Shown piece after piece: positions 24,313 through 33,263 of a stretch of DNA of 42,793 nucleotides. Below the pieces are notes generated by a model. The model saw nothing but the letters and a program-made list of their open reading frames with translations, ran no database searches and was not told the DNA's origin. The stretch spans positions 1 to 42,793 of the forward strand of contig CALWVA010000001.1 of assembly GCA_944384875.1 (NCBI GenBank). Reading direction: 5' to 3'. The translations under genes and the position numbers were made by a program. Position 1 is the stretch's first letter; every line of letters begins with the position of its first letter. This DNA is from an uncultured Clostridia bacterium. Its GTDB lineage: Bacteria > Bacillota > Clostridia > Oscillospirales > Acutalibacteraceae.

Positions 24313-25134
24313 ATGTCGGGGTTTATCTGTCCAGTTTGTGGCGGGGCGCTGCAGCGGCTGCAGACCCGGTATTTGTGTGAACAAGGACATAGCTATGATA
24401 TTGCCCGGAAAGGGTATGTCAATCTGCTGCAATCTCAGCAGTCCGGCAGTAAACGGCACGGCGACGACCGGGTGATGGTTCAGGCGCGCAAAGCGTTTTT
24501 GCGGCGGGGCTATTATGATCCGTTGCGCGACCGGCTGTGCGAACTGGCGCAGAGATATTTTGAGCCGGATAACACAGTATTGGATGCAGGCTGCGGGGAA
24601 TGCTTTTATACCGCGGCGCTGTGGCGGGCATTACAGCAGAGAAATCCGCAGATGTTGGGGATAGACATTTCCAAATATGCGTTGGCAGCGGCCGATTTGC
24701 AGGGCGCGCCGGTGCAGCTGGCGGTAGCCAGCATCTTCCGTCTGTCGGTGGCGTCACAGAGCTGTGGGCTGCTTAGCAATGTTTTTGCGCCGGTTTGCGC
24801 GGCGGAGTTTGCCAGAGTATTGCGGCCGGGCGGCTTTTTGATTCGGGCGGTGCCGATGCCGCTGCATCTGTATACGCTGAAGGCGGCGGTATACGACCGG
24901 CCTTATGAGAACAAGCAGCCGCCGGGGCAGCTGGAGGGCTTTGTGCTGCGCCGCCGGGAAACGCTGGAATATCCAATGCAACTGCCAGATGGCCAGACCA
25001 TCCGCGAGCTTTTTCAGATGACGCCGTATTATTATAAGACCGGCGCGCAGGATTTTCAGCGGTTGACAAAGTTGGATCACCTTGAAACCCAGGCTGCGTT
25101 TTATCTGCTGGTGTATCAACGCACTATGAAATGA
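24313..25134 (+). CDS. rlmA: 23S rRNA (guanine-N1)-methyltransferase RlmA/RrmA-like (Zn-ribbon plus class I SAM MTase)
   Basis: MSGFICPVCGGAL......YLCEQGHSYDIARKGYVNLL (RlmA-type zinc finger), then VLDAGCGECFYT (SAM motif I). A GGGAGGAAAG SD precedes ATG 24313. Confidence 0.83.
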   Translation: MSGFICPVCGGALQRLQTRYLCEQGHSYDIARKGYVNLLQSQQSGSKRHGDDRVMVQARKAFLRRGYYDPLRDRLCELAQRYFEPDNTVLDAGCGECFYTAALWRALQQRNPQMLGIDISKYALAAADLQGAPVQLAVASIFRLSVASQSCGLLSNVFAPVCAAEFARVLRPGGFLIRAVPMPLHLYTLKAAVYDRPYENKQPPGQLEGFVLRRRETLEYPMQLPDGQTIRELFQMTPYYYKTGAQDFQRLTKLDHLETQAAFYLLVYQRTMK

Positions 25135-25273
25135 CCTGATTTTTAGTGCGGCAAAAATCAAACATTACTGAAAAGCGGATTTGTTGCGATGGTGTTTTGG
25201 TTTCTGCATCCATGGCGGGAAACACAGCGCTTTGCAATAAAGAATTTTTATGTGTGTGGCCAATAAAAAATAA

Positions 25274-25302
25274 TTGAGATTTGCCTGGGGTTATGCTATA
25301 CT
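25274..25302 (+). promoter_or_regulatory. Candidate sigma-A promoter of livHMGF
   Basis: TTGAGA (25274-25279), a 17-nt spacer, then TATACT (25297-25302). Confidence 0.5.
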
Positions 25303-25371
25303 ATATCTATATTTTTTGAAATTCCAATCATATGCAACTTTATATGCCAAAATAAAAGGAATGGTTTTTGG

Positions 25372-26268
25372 ATGAATGATTTTCTGGCAACGCTGATCAA
25401 CGGCATCAGTCTTGGCAGCATGTATGCGCTGATTGCGCTGGGCTATACCATGGTTTATGGCATCGCTAAAATGCTGAATTTCGCGCATGGAGATATTATT
25501 ATGGTGGGCGGCATCACCACATTTACGGTGATGCAATATACCAACATGCCGCCGTGGGTTGCGGTGCTGGCGGCGGTGGTCGTCTGCACGGTGCTGGGCG
25601 TGGTGATTGAAAAGGTGGCCTATAAACCGCTGCGCGGGGTTTCATCTCTGACGGTGTTGATCACCGCCATCGGCGTCAGCTATCTGTTGCAGAATGTGGC
25701 GCTGTTGACTTTTGGAACAGAAAATAAAAGCTATTCGTTTTCGTTTCTGACCGCGCTGAACTGGCAGATCAACGAACATCTGATCATCCAGGGGTCTACG
25801 ATTGTGAACGTGGTGATTATGCTGGTGATTATGGTGGCGCTGTTGCTGTTCGTTCGTTTTACCAAACAGGGCAAGGCGATGCGCGCCGTATCAGAAGACA
25901 ACGGCGCCGCGCAGCTGATGGGCATTAACGTCAACGCCACCATTTCCCTGACGTTTGCCATTGGCTCGGCGCTGGCCGGAATCGCCGGCTTTATGTATAT
26001 CGGCACATATTCTCAGATCGGCGCATATGCCGGAACCATGCCTGGCATCAAGGCGTTTACAGCGGCGGTGTTCGGCGGTATCGGCTCGATTCCCGGGGCA
26101 ATGATCGGTGGTATTGCGTTGGGAATCATTGAACAGTTCAGTAAATCCATTTTAGCGCAGTTCCAGCTGAGCGCACTGGCAGATGCCATTGTGTTTGTTA
26201 TTTTGATTTTGGTGCTGCTAATTAAACCTACCGGGTTGTTAGGACGGCAAATCAAGGAAAAAGTCTGA
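25372..26268 (+). CDS. livH: Branched-chain amino acid ABC transporter permease
   Basis: 298-aa polytopic protein. LINGISLGSMYALIALGYTMVYGIAKMLNFAHGD is the LivH-type N-terminus. Confidence 0.92.
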   Translation: MNDFLATLINGISLGSMYALIALGYTMVYGIAKMLNFAHGDIIMVGGITTFTVMQYTNMPPWVAVLAAVVVCTVLGVVIEKVAYKPLRGVSSLTVLITAIGVSYLLQNVALLTFGTENKSYSFSFLTALNWQINEHLIIQGSTIVNVVIMLVIMVALLLFVRFTKQGKAMRAVSEDNGAAQLMGINVNATISLTFAIGSALAGIAGFMYIGTYSQIGAYAGTMPGIKAFTAAVFGGIGSIPGAMIGGIALGIIEQFSKSILAQFQLSALADAIVFVILILVLLIKPTGLLGRQIKEKV

Positions 26269-26341
26269 CCGTCTCGACTTTGTATTTAAACAGGAGAGCG
26301 GCGCCCGCTGTCGCCGCGTTTTGAAAGGAATGATCGTCAAC

Positions 26342-27454
26342 ATGGCGTTGGCTGCAAAATGGAAAAATATGCGCGCCTCCACCCGCAAAAAGCTGTTGAT
26401 GCTGGGTGGAATGCTGGTTGTGTTTGCAATCCTTCAGCTGCTGCTGTCTCTGGATTTGCTGAGCAACCAGATTCAAAGCTGGCTGGTGCCATGCTGTTAT
26501 AATATTATTCTGGCGGTGTCGTTAAACCTGACTGTCGGTATCTTGGGCGAGCTGTCGCTGGGACACGCCGGGTTTATGTGTGTGGGCGCGTTTGTAGGCG
26601 CGTTTGTTTCAAAATATTTTGATACGGTCAATCCCGACCTGAGCGCCTGGATCCGGCTGCCGCTGGCGCTGGTGCTGGGCGGGATCGTCGCCGGGTTGTT
26701 CGGGCTGATCGTGGGCGTGCCGGTGTTGCGGCTGAACGGCGACTATCTTGCGATTGTGACGCTGGCTTTTGGTGAGATCATCTGGAACCTGTTTAACGTC
26801 ACTCGGGTTTCATTGGATAACGGCAGTTTTAGAGTGGGGGTCGGCGGCACCGGCCTCAGCAATTTGTCTGCCGACGCGGTGCCGCTGGTAGACGGTTCGC
26901 TGGGAATCACCAGCGTTCCCAGACTTGGAAAAGGCGGGTTTGCCATCGCGTTTGTGCTGGCCTTTTTAACGGTGCTGCTGGTGATGAATCTGATTCATTC
27001 CAGAACCGGCCGGGCGATCAAAGCTATTCGCGACAACCGCATCGCCGCTGAAAGCATCGGAATCAATATCACAAAATATAAATTGATTGCGCTGGTAGTT
27101 TCCGCGTTTTTGGCTGGGATTGCCGGTGTGCTGTATGCGCACAATGCCGGGCAGGCCGTGGCCACCCAGGCGGATTATGGTTATGTCATGAGCATCAATA
27201 TTTTGGTGTTTGTCGTGTTGGGCGGCATGGGATCCACCCTGGGCTCAATGATTGCGGCAGTGGTGTTGACCATTCTGCCGGAATGGCTGCGGTTCTTAAG
27301 CGATTACAGAATGCTGATTTACGCCGTGGTGCTGATTGGGATGATGCTGGTCAACGGTTCGCCGGCAATCAAAGCGGTTGTAGACCGGGGCCGGCAGGTG
27401 GTTAAACAGAAAATCAAAAATCTGTTTATCAGACAGCCTAAAAAGGAGGCGTAA
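26342..27454 (+). CDS. livM: Branched-chain amino acid ABC transporter permease
   Basis: LivM-type core (NLTVGILGELSLGHAGFMCVGAF..., ...LRLNGDYLAIVTLAFGEII...). The start is uncertain: ATG 26342, ATG 26330 or TTG 26321. Confidence 0.9.
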   Translation: MALAAKWKNMRASTRKKLLMLGGMLVVFAILQLLLSLDLLSNQIQSWLVPCCYNIILAVSLNLTVGILGELSLGHAGFMCVGAFVGAFVSKYFDTVNPDLSAWIRLPLALVLGGIVAGLFGLIVGVPVLRLNGDYLAIVTLAFGEIIWNLFNVTRVSLDNGSFRVGVGGTGLSNLSADAVPLVDGSLGITSVPRLGKGGFAIAFVLAFLTVLLVMNLIHSRTGRAIKAIRDNRIAAESIGINITKYKLIALVVSAFLAGIAGVLYAHNAGQAVATQADYGYVMSINILVFVVLGGMGSTLGSMIAAVVLTILPEWLRFLSDYRMLIYAVVLIGMMLVNGSPAIKAVVDRGRQVVKQKIKNLFIRQPKKEA

Positions 27455-27457
27455 CGG

Positions 27458-28216
27458 ATGGCTTTATTGGATGTACAGAATTTAAGCATCCGTTTCGGCG
27501 GGCTGCAGGCGGTAGACCAGTTTCATATTGCGGTAGAACAGGGCCAGCTTTACGGGTTGATCGGCCCGAACGGCGCGGGAAAAACAACGGTGTTCAATAT
27601 GCTGACCGGGGTCTATAAGCCCACGAGCGGCACCATTTTGTTGGACGGCGTGGATATTACCGGAAAAAACAATGTGCAGATCAGCAAAATGGGTATTGCG
27701 CGCACCTTTCAAAATATTCGGCTGTTCAATGAGATGTCTGTGTTGGACAATGTCAAAGTGGGGCTGCACAACCAGGTAAAATGCGGGCTGTTTACCAATA
27801 TTTTGCGTCTGCCCGGTGATTATAAAACAGAAAAAAAGATGAACGAGAAGGCGATGCAGCTGCTGGAGGTATTCGGCCTGCAGGACGATGTGAAGCTTCG
27901 GGCGCGAAATCTGCCCTATGGCAAGCAGCGCAAGCTGGAGATCGCCCGGGCGCTGGCGACCAATCCGCGTTTGCTGCTGCTGGACGAGCCGGCCGCAGGG
28001 ATGAATCCCAATGAAACGGCGGAGCTGATGCAGACCATCCGTCTGATTCGGGAACGGTTCCAGATGACAATTCTGCTGATTGAGCATGATATGCGGCTGG
28101 TCAGCGGCATCTGCGAACGGTTGACGGTTTTGAATTTTGGGTCGGTGTTGTGTGAAGGTGAGACTTCCGCGGTGCTGCGCGACCCGGAGGTTGTCAAGGC
28201 CTATCTGGGCGAATAA
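27458..28216 (+). CDS. livG: Branched-chain amino acid ABC transporter ATP-binding protein
   Basis: Walker A GPNGAGKTT, signature LPYGKQRKLEIARAL, Walker B LLLLDEPAAGMN, plus the LivG-specific C-terminal ...PEVVKAYLGE. Strong AAGGAGG SD. Confidence 0.94.
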   Translation: MALLDVQNLSIRFGGLQAVDQFHIAVEQGQLYGLIGPNGAGKTTVFNMLTGVYKPTSGTILLDGVDITGKNNVQISKMGIARTFQNIRLFNEMSVLDNVKVGLHNQVKCGLFTNILRLPGDYKTEKKMNEKAMQLLEVFGLQDDVKLRARNLPYGKQRKLEIARALATNPRLLLLDEPAAGMNPNETAELMQTIRLIRERFQMTILLIEHDMRLVSGICERLTVLNFGSVLCEGETSAVLRDPEVVKAYLGE

Positions 28217-28258
28217 ACGCCGGCGTGGCGGATCACAGAGGATGGAGGTCATTGCATC

Positions 28259-28969
28259 ATGGCGATGCTGGAAATTGAAAATATCTATGTCAGCTATGGC
28301 ATGATAAATGCGATCAGGGGCGTTTCGTTCACTGTGGATCGCGGAGAGATCATCGCGCTGATCGGCGCCAATGGCGCGGGTAAGACCACAACGCTGCATA
28401 CCATCAGTGGGTTACTGCGCCCTAAATCTGGCAGTATCCGGTTTAACGGGACAGAGATTACGCGCGTTGCGCCCCATAAGATCGTGTCCATGGGTATCGC
28501 ACAGGTGCCGGAGGGACGCCGGGTGTTCTCACAGCTGACGGTGTTGGATAATTTAAAAATGGGGGCGTATATCCGCCGTGACCCAAAAGAGATTGTCCAT
28601 TCGTTGCAGACGGTATATGGGTGGTTCCCGCGGCTGAAAGAGCGGCAAAATCAGATCGCGGGTACGTTGTCCGGCGGCGAACAGCAGATGCTGGCGATGG
28701 GACGTGCGCTGATGTCTCATCCGCAGATCATTTTGATGGATGAACCGTCGATGGGGCTGTCGCCGTTGCTGGTGACCGAGGTGTTTAACATTATTGAAGA
28801 GATCTGTAAAGCCGGCACTACGGTGCTGCTGGTAGAGCAAAATGCAAAAAAAGCCCTCACCATCGCAGATCGGGCCTATGTGTTGGAAACCGGGACCATC
28901 GCGCTGGAAGGGAAAGCCGCCGACCTGATGAACAACGACCGGGTGAAAAAAGCATATCTGGGTGAGTGA
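28259..28969 (+). CDS. livF: Branched-chain amino acid ABC transporter ATP-binding protein
   Basis: Walker A GANGAGKTT, signature LSGGEQQMLAMGRAL, Walker B ILMDEPSMGLSP, C-terminal VKKAYLGE. Confidence 0.94.
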   Translation: MAMLEIENIYVSYGMINAIRGVSFTVDRGEIIALIGANGAGKTTTLHTISGLLRPKSGSIRFNGTEITRVAPHKIVSMGIAQVPEGRRVFSQLTVLDNLKMGAYIRRDPKEIVHSLQTVYGWFPRLKERQNQIAGTLSGGEQQMLAMGRALMSHPQIILMDEPSMGLSPLLVTEVFNIIEEICKAGTTVLLVEQNAKKALTIADRAYVLETGTIALEGKAADLMNNDRVKKAYLGE

Positions 28970-28993
28970 CGATCTGGATCGATTACAAAAAAG

Positions 28994-29026
28994 AAATACC
29001 CGCCGGCAATTGCCGGCGGGTATTTT
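28994..29026 (+). terminator. Rho-independent terminator of livHMGF
   Basis: AAATACCCGCCGGCA-AT-TGCCGGCGGGTATTT palindrome followed by TA. Confidence 0.85.
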
Positions 29027-29107
29027 AATGTGTAGATTTGAATGCCATGCATATATTTTACTGGATATACAGTAAAACAACAGCATCGACAGATATCCTT
29101 TTATACA

Positions 29108-29140
29108 AACCGCCGGGCAGAATCGTTCTGCCCGGCGGTT
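29108..29140. terminator. Hairpin terminator, probably serving glgA (minus strand)
   Basis: AACCGCCGGGCAGAA-TCG-TTCTGCCCGGCGGTT forms a 15-bp stem. On the minus strand it is followed by TGTATAAAAGG, a weak U-tract that contains no run of T. It lies about 160 nt past the glgA stop. Confidence 0.5.
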
Positions 29141-29301
29141 GGTTGTTTCAGCATATCGGCCATCACACGCTCTAATTAAAAACGGTTGTAATACTGATCT
29201 TGCAACGGCGGTCAAATTACAAAGGGTATGCATCTGGTTTGTCCGCTCTACCGAAAGCGGCGTAATATTGCAGTGATGCTGGTTTGTATCATGCGATGCA
29301 T

Positions 29302-30726
29302 TTACCGTTCTTTTCCGGTCAGCTCCCGATACAGCCGCAAATATTCCCGCGCAGAGCCGGCCCAGCTGTGATCGGCAGCCATCGCCCGCTGAACCAGCGG
29401 CGTCCAATATTGCTTCTGTGGGTAACACCCCAGCCCGCGGCAGACAGCGCCAAACATATCGTCGGCGTTATAAGATTGAAACGTATATCCAACGCCGTTG
29501 TCGTCCGCATCGGTAACGGTGTCGCCCAGCCCGCCGGTTTTGCGTACCACCGGGATGGTTCCATACCGCAGGGCGATCATCTGCGACAGCCCGCAGGGCT
29601 CCTGCTTGGACGGCATTAAAAACAGATCGGAGCCGGCGTAAATGCGATGTGCCAGCGGCGTGTCAAACCCACGGTAAAACTTGAATTTTTCAGGATACTG
29701 TGCGGCTTTTTGATGAAAGAACCGTTCATATTTTTGTTCGCCGGAGCCCAGCAAAATAAATTGCAGGTCGCATTCCAGTAGCCGGTCAAATATAAACTGA
29801 ACCAGATCCAGCCCCTTATGAGAGGCCAGCCGGGTCACCATTGACAAGATCGGAATATCCGCCGCCGCAGGCAATCCAAATTCTTTTTGCAGCGCCGCTT
29901 TGTCTACCGCTTTGCCCGACAGGTCAGCGGCTGTATAAGGCGCGGCAATATGTGGATCCTGCGCCGGGTTATATTCATCGGTGTCAATGCCGTTAACGAT
30001 ACCGTGCAGTTTATAGCTGCGCTCCTGTAAAATCCGATCCAGCCCATAGGAAAACCATGGGTCTAAAATCTCTTTGGCATAAGAGGGGCTGACCGTTGTA
30101 ACGGCGTCAGCGCTTTCGATACCGCCCTTGAGCAGATTGATATCTTTGTCATATTCCACCAGAGAACTGGCCCAGGACGGAATTCCAAACACATCTTCGA
30201 GAATTTCCATTCCATAGCGCCCCTGATATTGAATGTTATGGATGGTCATCACCGTTTTAAGTTGTTCGTAGCCGGGCCGATTATAGTAAAACAGCCGGTA
30301 ATAGGGGGGAATCAGTGCAGTCTGCCAATCGTTACAGTGAATGACGTCAGGCGTAAACCCGATATGGGGAATAACCTCTAACACGGCCCGGGCAAAAAAG
30401 GCGAAACGTTCGGCGTCGTCGTATTCCCCATACATGCTGCCACGTTTAAAATAAAACTCATTGTCCAGCAGGATATAGGTCACGCCATCGTATTTTGCTT
30501 CGAAAATGCCACAGTATTGGTTGCGCCAGGACACCGGCACAGTAATAGAAGTGATAAAATTCATCGAGGCTCGCAGCTCGTCCGGCACCTGGGCGTACAG
30601 CGGCAATACCACCCGCATACCGCACAGCCGTTTGCGCAGCGCCTTGGGCAGCGCATAGGAAACGTCTCCCAATCCGCCGGAAACAGCAAACGGGAATGCT
30701 TCGCTGGTTGCGAAAAGGACTTTCAT
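29302..30726 (-). CDS. glgA: Glycogen (starch) synthase, GT5
   Basis: MKVLFATSEAFPFAVSGGLGDV (the KxGGL-type motif region) and C-terminal ...LFLMPSKQEPCGLSQMIALRYGTIPVVRKTGGLGDTV. The start is set at ATG 30726; the upstream ORF-track extension has no support. Confidence 0.94.
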   Translation of the reverse strand: MKVLFATSEAFPFAVSGGLGDVSYALPKALRKRLCGMRVVLPLYAQVPDELRASMNFITSITVPVSWRNQYCGIFEAKYDGVTYILLDNEFYFKRGSMYGEYDDAERFAFFARAVLEVIPHIGFTPDVIHCNDWQTALIPPYYRLFYYNRPGYEQLKTVMTIHNIQYQGRYGMEILEDVFGIPSWASSLVEYDKDINLLKGGIESADAVTTVSPSYAKEILDPWFSYGLDRILQERSYKLHGIVNGIDTDEYNPAQDPHIAAPYTAADLSGKAVDKAALQKEFGLPAAADIPILSMVTRLASHKGLDLVQFIFDRLLECDLQFILLGSGEQKYERFFHQKAAQYPEKFKFYRGFDTPLAHRIYAGSDLFLMPSKQEPCGLSQMIALRYGTIPVVRKTGGLGDTVTDADDNGVGYTFQSYNADDMFGAVCRGLGCYPQKQYWTPLVQRAMAADHSWAGSAREYLRLYRELTGKER

Positions 30727-31009
30727 ATCAAAACTCCGTTTCTCCGGCGGCGAGGGAAATAACCGATAACACCGCAGCTGCCACCGGGGTTCTGCAGCCC
30801 GTGTATTACGGACCTGTGTCATCGAAAAAACCAGATTCCATTTCTATTGTAGCAATAATTCATCTGGTTGTAAACCAGAAAATCGTCGGACGATATTAAT
30901 TTTTTGCCGGTTTGCCCGGCGGCGTTTCCATGAAAAGCCTCCTTTAGTCTGCATAGCCGGCTGATATAGATACATACGTTCATAAAAAATATATTTTCAG
31001 GTCCTCAAA

Positions 31010-31043
31010 TCGACAGCAACCGACGGAGAACGGGCGGTATAAT
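31010..31043 (+). promoter_or_regulatory. Candidate spoIIG-type promoter (Spo0A-dependent architecture)
   Basis: tCGACA (31010-31015) is both a -35-like hexamer and a 0A-box-like TTCGACA relative. A 22-nt spacer follows, then TATAAT (31038-31043), 50 nt upstream of the spoIIGA ATG. Confidence 0.4.
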
Positions 31044-31092
31044 AAATACGGCGCGACGGATGCCGTCGCCTTTCCAGGAGAGAAGGATACAT

Positions 31093-31977
31093 ATGACCCT
31101 GTATGTGGACCTGTTGTTTTTTCTAAATCTGTTTATTAATTATCTGCTGTTGCGGCTGACCGGTTTTGCGGTTTCCCGCCGGCCGCGGCTGTGGCGGTTA
31201 CTTGCCGCCGCGGCTGCCGGGGCATTGGGCGCTTTTTATATTTTGCTGCCTGCACCGGTGGTTCCGGTGCTTGCAGTGGTTTTGGAGTTTGCCTATAAAC
31301 TATTGCTCTGTGGTGTAATCACACTGATCTGTTTCGGATTTGGCAGCCCGCGGCGTTTTTTAAAAGCTGCCAGCGCTTTTCTGCTGTTATCCTTTGCTCT
31401 GGCGGGACTGCTGCTGTGTGGACTGCTGCTGTTTCGCCCGGATGGTATGCTGGTATCGGTCAGCGCCGTCTATTTTCAGATTTCGCCGCTGGTATTGGTG
31501 ATTTCTACTGTTGTGTGCTATCTGCTTCTACGAGTGCTGGAACGGCTGTCCGCACGTCTTCGAATAAACGGCCATCATTATCGGGTGACCATCGCCTTAA
31601 ACGGCCGGCAGGTGGACGGTGACGCGCTGCTGGACAGCGGCAACAGCCTGCAGGATCATTACTCCGGCGACCCGGTGGTGGTGGCGGATTATACGTTTAT
31701 CAAGCCGCTGTTGCCGCCCGAAAGCCGCCCGCTGTTTTCCGGCGGGCAATCACCGCCCCAGACAGCGGCAGGCGTGCCGGGTTTTCGATTTGTATTGTAT
31801 CACGCGGTGGGAAAAGAATATGGCATTCTGCCGGCGTTCCGGCCGGATTATATGCTGCTGACTGCCGGTAGCCGAACATATACATATCAGGATATTACCA
31901 TCGCGGTATCTCCCAAGAGCGTCGGAACCGGCCGGCAGGCGCTGTTGCCGGCGCAGGTGCTGACCAGAATGGAATAG
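31093..31977 (+). CDS. spoIIGA: Sporulation sigma-E processing aspartic protease
   Basis: [24 protein letters not shown] (typical SpoIIGA N-terminus), five TM helices and the catalytic [10 protein letters not shown] motif. It lies directly upstream of sigE. Confidence 0.9.
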   Translation: MTLYVDLLFFLNLFINYLLLRLTGFAVSRRPRLWRLLAAAAAGALGAFYILLPAPVVPVLAVVLEFAYKLLLCGVITLICFGFGSPRRFLKAASAFLLLSFALAGLLLCGLLLFRPDGMLVSVSAVYFQISPLVLVISTVVCYLLLRVLERLSARLRINGHHYRVTIALNGRQVDGDALLDSGNSLQDHYSGDPVVVADYTFIKPLLPPESRPLFSGGQSPPQTAAGVPGFRFVLYHAVGKEYGILPAFRPDYMLLTAGSRTYTYQDITIAVSPKSVGTGRQALLPAQVLTRME

Positions 31978-31982
31978 GAGGA

Positions 31983-32702
31983 ATGGTCTTGAACGGGTTT
32001 AAACGGCTGTGGCTGCAGCTGCAGCGTTTGTTGGCAAGGATGGGTCTGTCCCGTGGCGTTTATTATATTAACGGATCGCAGACGCTGCCGCCGCCGTTAT
32101 CCAAAGAGGAGGAGCAGGCGGCCATCGCCCGGTATGCCGCCGGGGATGGGCAGGCAAAAGAACTGCTGATTACGCATAATCTGCGGTTGGTGGTGTATAT
32201 ATCCCGAAAATTTGACGCTGTGGGCGCGAATATCGAAGATTTGATCTCTATCGGGACAATCGGGCTGATTAAGGCGGTGAATACTTTCCGGCCGGATAAA
32301 AATATCAAACTGGCTACCTACGCTTCCCGCTGTATTGAAAATGAGATTTTGATGTATCTGCGTAAAACCGGCCAGCAAAAGGGCGAGGTATCCATCGACG
32401 AGCCGCTGAATGTGGACTGGGACGGCAACGAACTGCTGTTATCTGACATATTGGGCAGCGACGCCGACGAGGTTAACCGTGATGTGGAATTGCAGGATGA
32501 ACGCAGCGTGGTGGCGCAGCTGGTGCGGGCGCTGCCCGCCCGGGAACGGCAGATCATGCAGATGCGGTTTGGGTTTAACGGTTATGCCGAGCATACGCAA
32601 AAGGATGTAGCACAGCAGCTGGGGATCTCCCAGAGCTATATTTCCAGGCTGGAGAAAAAGATCATTCACCGGTTGAGAAAAGAATTAGAAAGAATTGGAT
32701 GA
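31983..32702 (+). CDS. sigE: RNA polymerase sporulation sigma factor E (pro-sigma-E)
   Basis: Near-collinear with B. subtilis SigE as I remember it: [108 protein letters not shown]. The start is ATG 31983 (only 1 nt after AGGAGG) or TTG 31989. Confidence 0.95.
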   Translation: MVLNGFKRLWLQLQRLLARMGLSRGVYYINGSQTLPPPLSKEEEQAAIARYAAGDGQAKELLITHNLRLVVYISRKFDAVGANIEDLISIGTIGLIKAVNTFRPDKNIKLATYASRCIENEILMYLRKTGQQKGEVSIDEPLNVDWDGNELLLSDILGSDADEVNRDVELQDERSVVAQLVRALPARERQIMQMRFGFNGYAEHTQKDVAQQLGISQSYISRLEKKIIHRLRKELERIG

Positions 32703-32707
32703 AAAAG

Positions 32708-32736
32708 TTGACAGACGTGTAAATATATGTTAAAAT
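32708..32736 (+). promoter_or_regulatory. Near-consensus sigma-A promoter immediately after the sigE stop codon
   Basis: TTGACA (32708-32713), a 17-nt spacer, then TGtTAAAAT (hexamer 32731-32736). No terminator separates it from sigE. Confidence 0.55.
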
Positions 32737-32762
32737 ACAAAAAATATACGCAAGCGCAGGAA

Positions 32763-32948
32763 ATGCTTTTCAATATATGCGCTGTTGTGGGCGGCTGGTT
32801 TGTGCGGCTGCTGAAATCGGAGGAAGCGGTTGTTATCCCGGAGAGCATTGTCGTAGAACACGCTGATGCGGTGGATGATTTGCAGAGTGGATTATACAGC
32901 GCTTCGCAGCTGGGAAAAGCAGTGAAATCAGGGAAATTCTATGGATAA
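32763..32948 (+). CDS. Hypothetical small protein (61 aa); may instead be non-coding
   Basis: This is the only ORF downstream of the 32708 promoter. The ORF-track ATG at 32727 lies inside the promoter, so I trimmed to ATG 32763. The SD (AGGAA) is poor and too close. I see no recognisable family. Confidence 0.3.
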   Translation: MLFNICAVVGGWFVRLLKSEEAVVIPESIVVEHADAVDDLQSGLYSASQLGKAVKSGKFYG

Positions 32949-33162
32949 AAACCTTAAAATATTTGGGTTGCCCGTGGGGTTGACAGTGTAAGTTCTTAAA
33001 AAGCTGTATAGCAATATACTACTATTTTCGGGATTGACCCACGCAGAAAATGGGGTTATAACGTGTAAATCGGCTGAATGGATAAAAATTACAGTGCATT
33101 TTGCACAAAAGTAAGCCCACATTTTCTATGCCGGTTAGGCCAACTATTTAAAATGAAAACAA

Positions 33163-33191
33163 TTGACAAGCTCGGATTATTCGAGTACAAT
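33163..33191 (+). promoter_or_regulatory. Candidate sigma-A promoter of the surface-protein gene
   Basis: TTGACA (33163-33168), a 17-nt spacer, then TACAAT (33186-33191), about 70 nt upstream of ATG 33264. Confidence 0.5.
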
Positions 33192-33263
33192 AAAAGCAAC
33201 ACCTGCTTGCTGGGGTTCTTGGTGCAGGTTAATGATAAGTTATACAAAGGAGAGATTCAGGAC

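Noticed and set aside
25135-25371. T-box or other amino-acid-responsive leader upstream of livH (and likewise upstream of livJ, 36605-37167).
   Set aside because: No T-box sequence (GGGTGGTACCGCG-like) or specifier/antiterminator arrangement was found. The predicted promoters leave only ~50-70-nt leaders.
27482-28399. 305-aa minus-strand ORF overlapping livG and livF.
   Set aside because: It is antisense to two ABC ATPase genes with canonical Walker and signature motifs. Its composition (R/H/Q/P-rich) is typical of GC-rich antisense frames.
28553-29428. 291-aa minus-strand ORF spanning the livF 3' end, the intergenic region and the glgA 3' end.
   Set aside because: It runs through two strong terminator hairpins and overlaps two well-supported genes, so it is an artefact.
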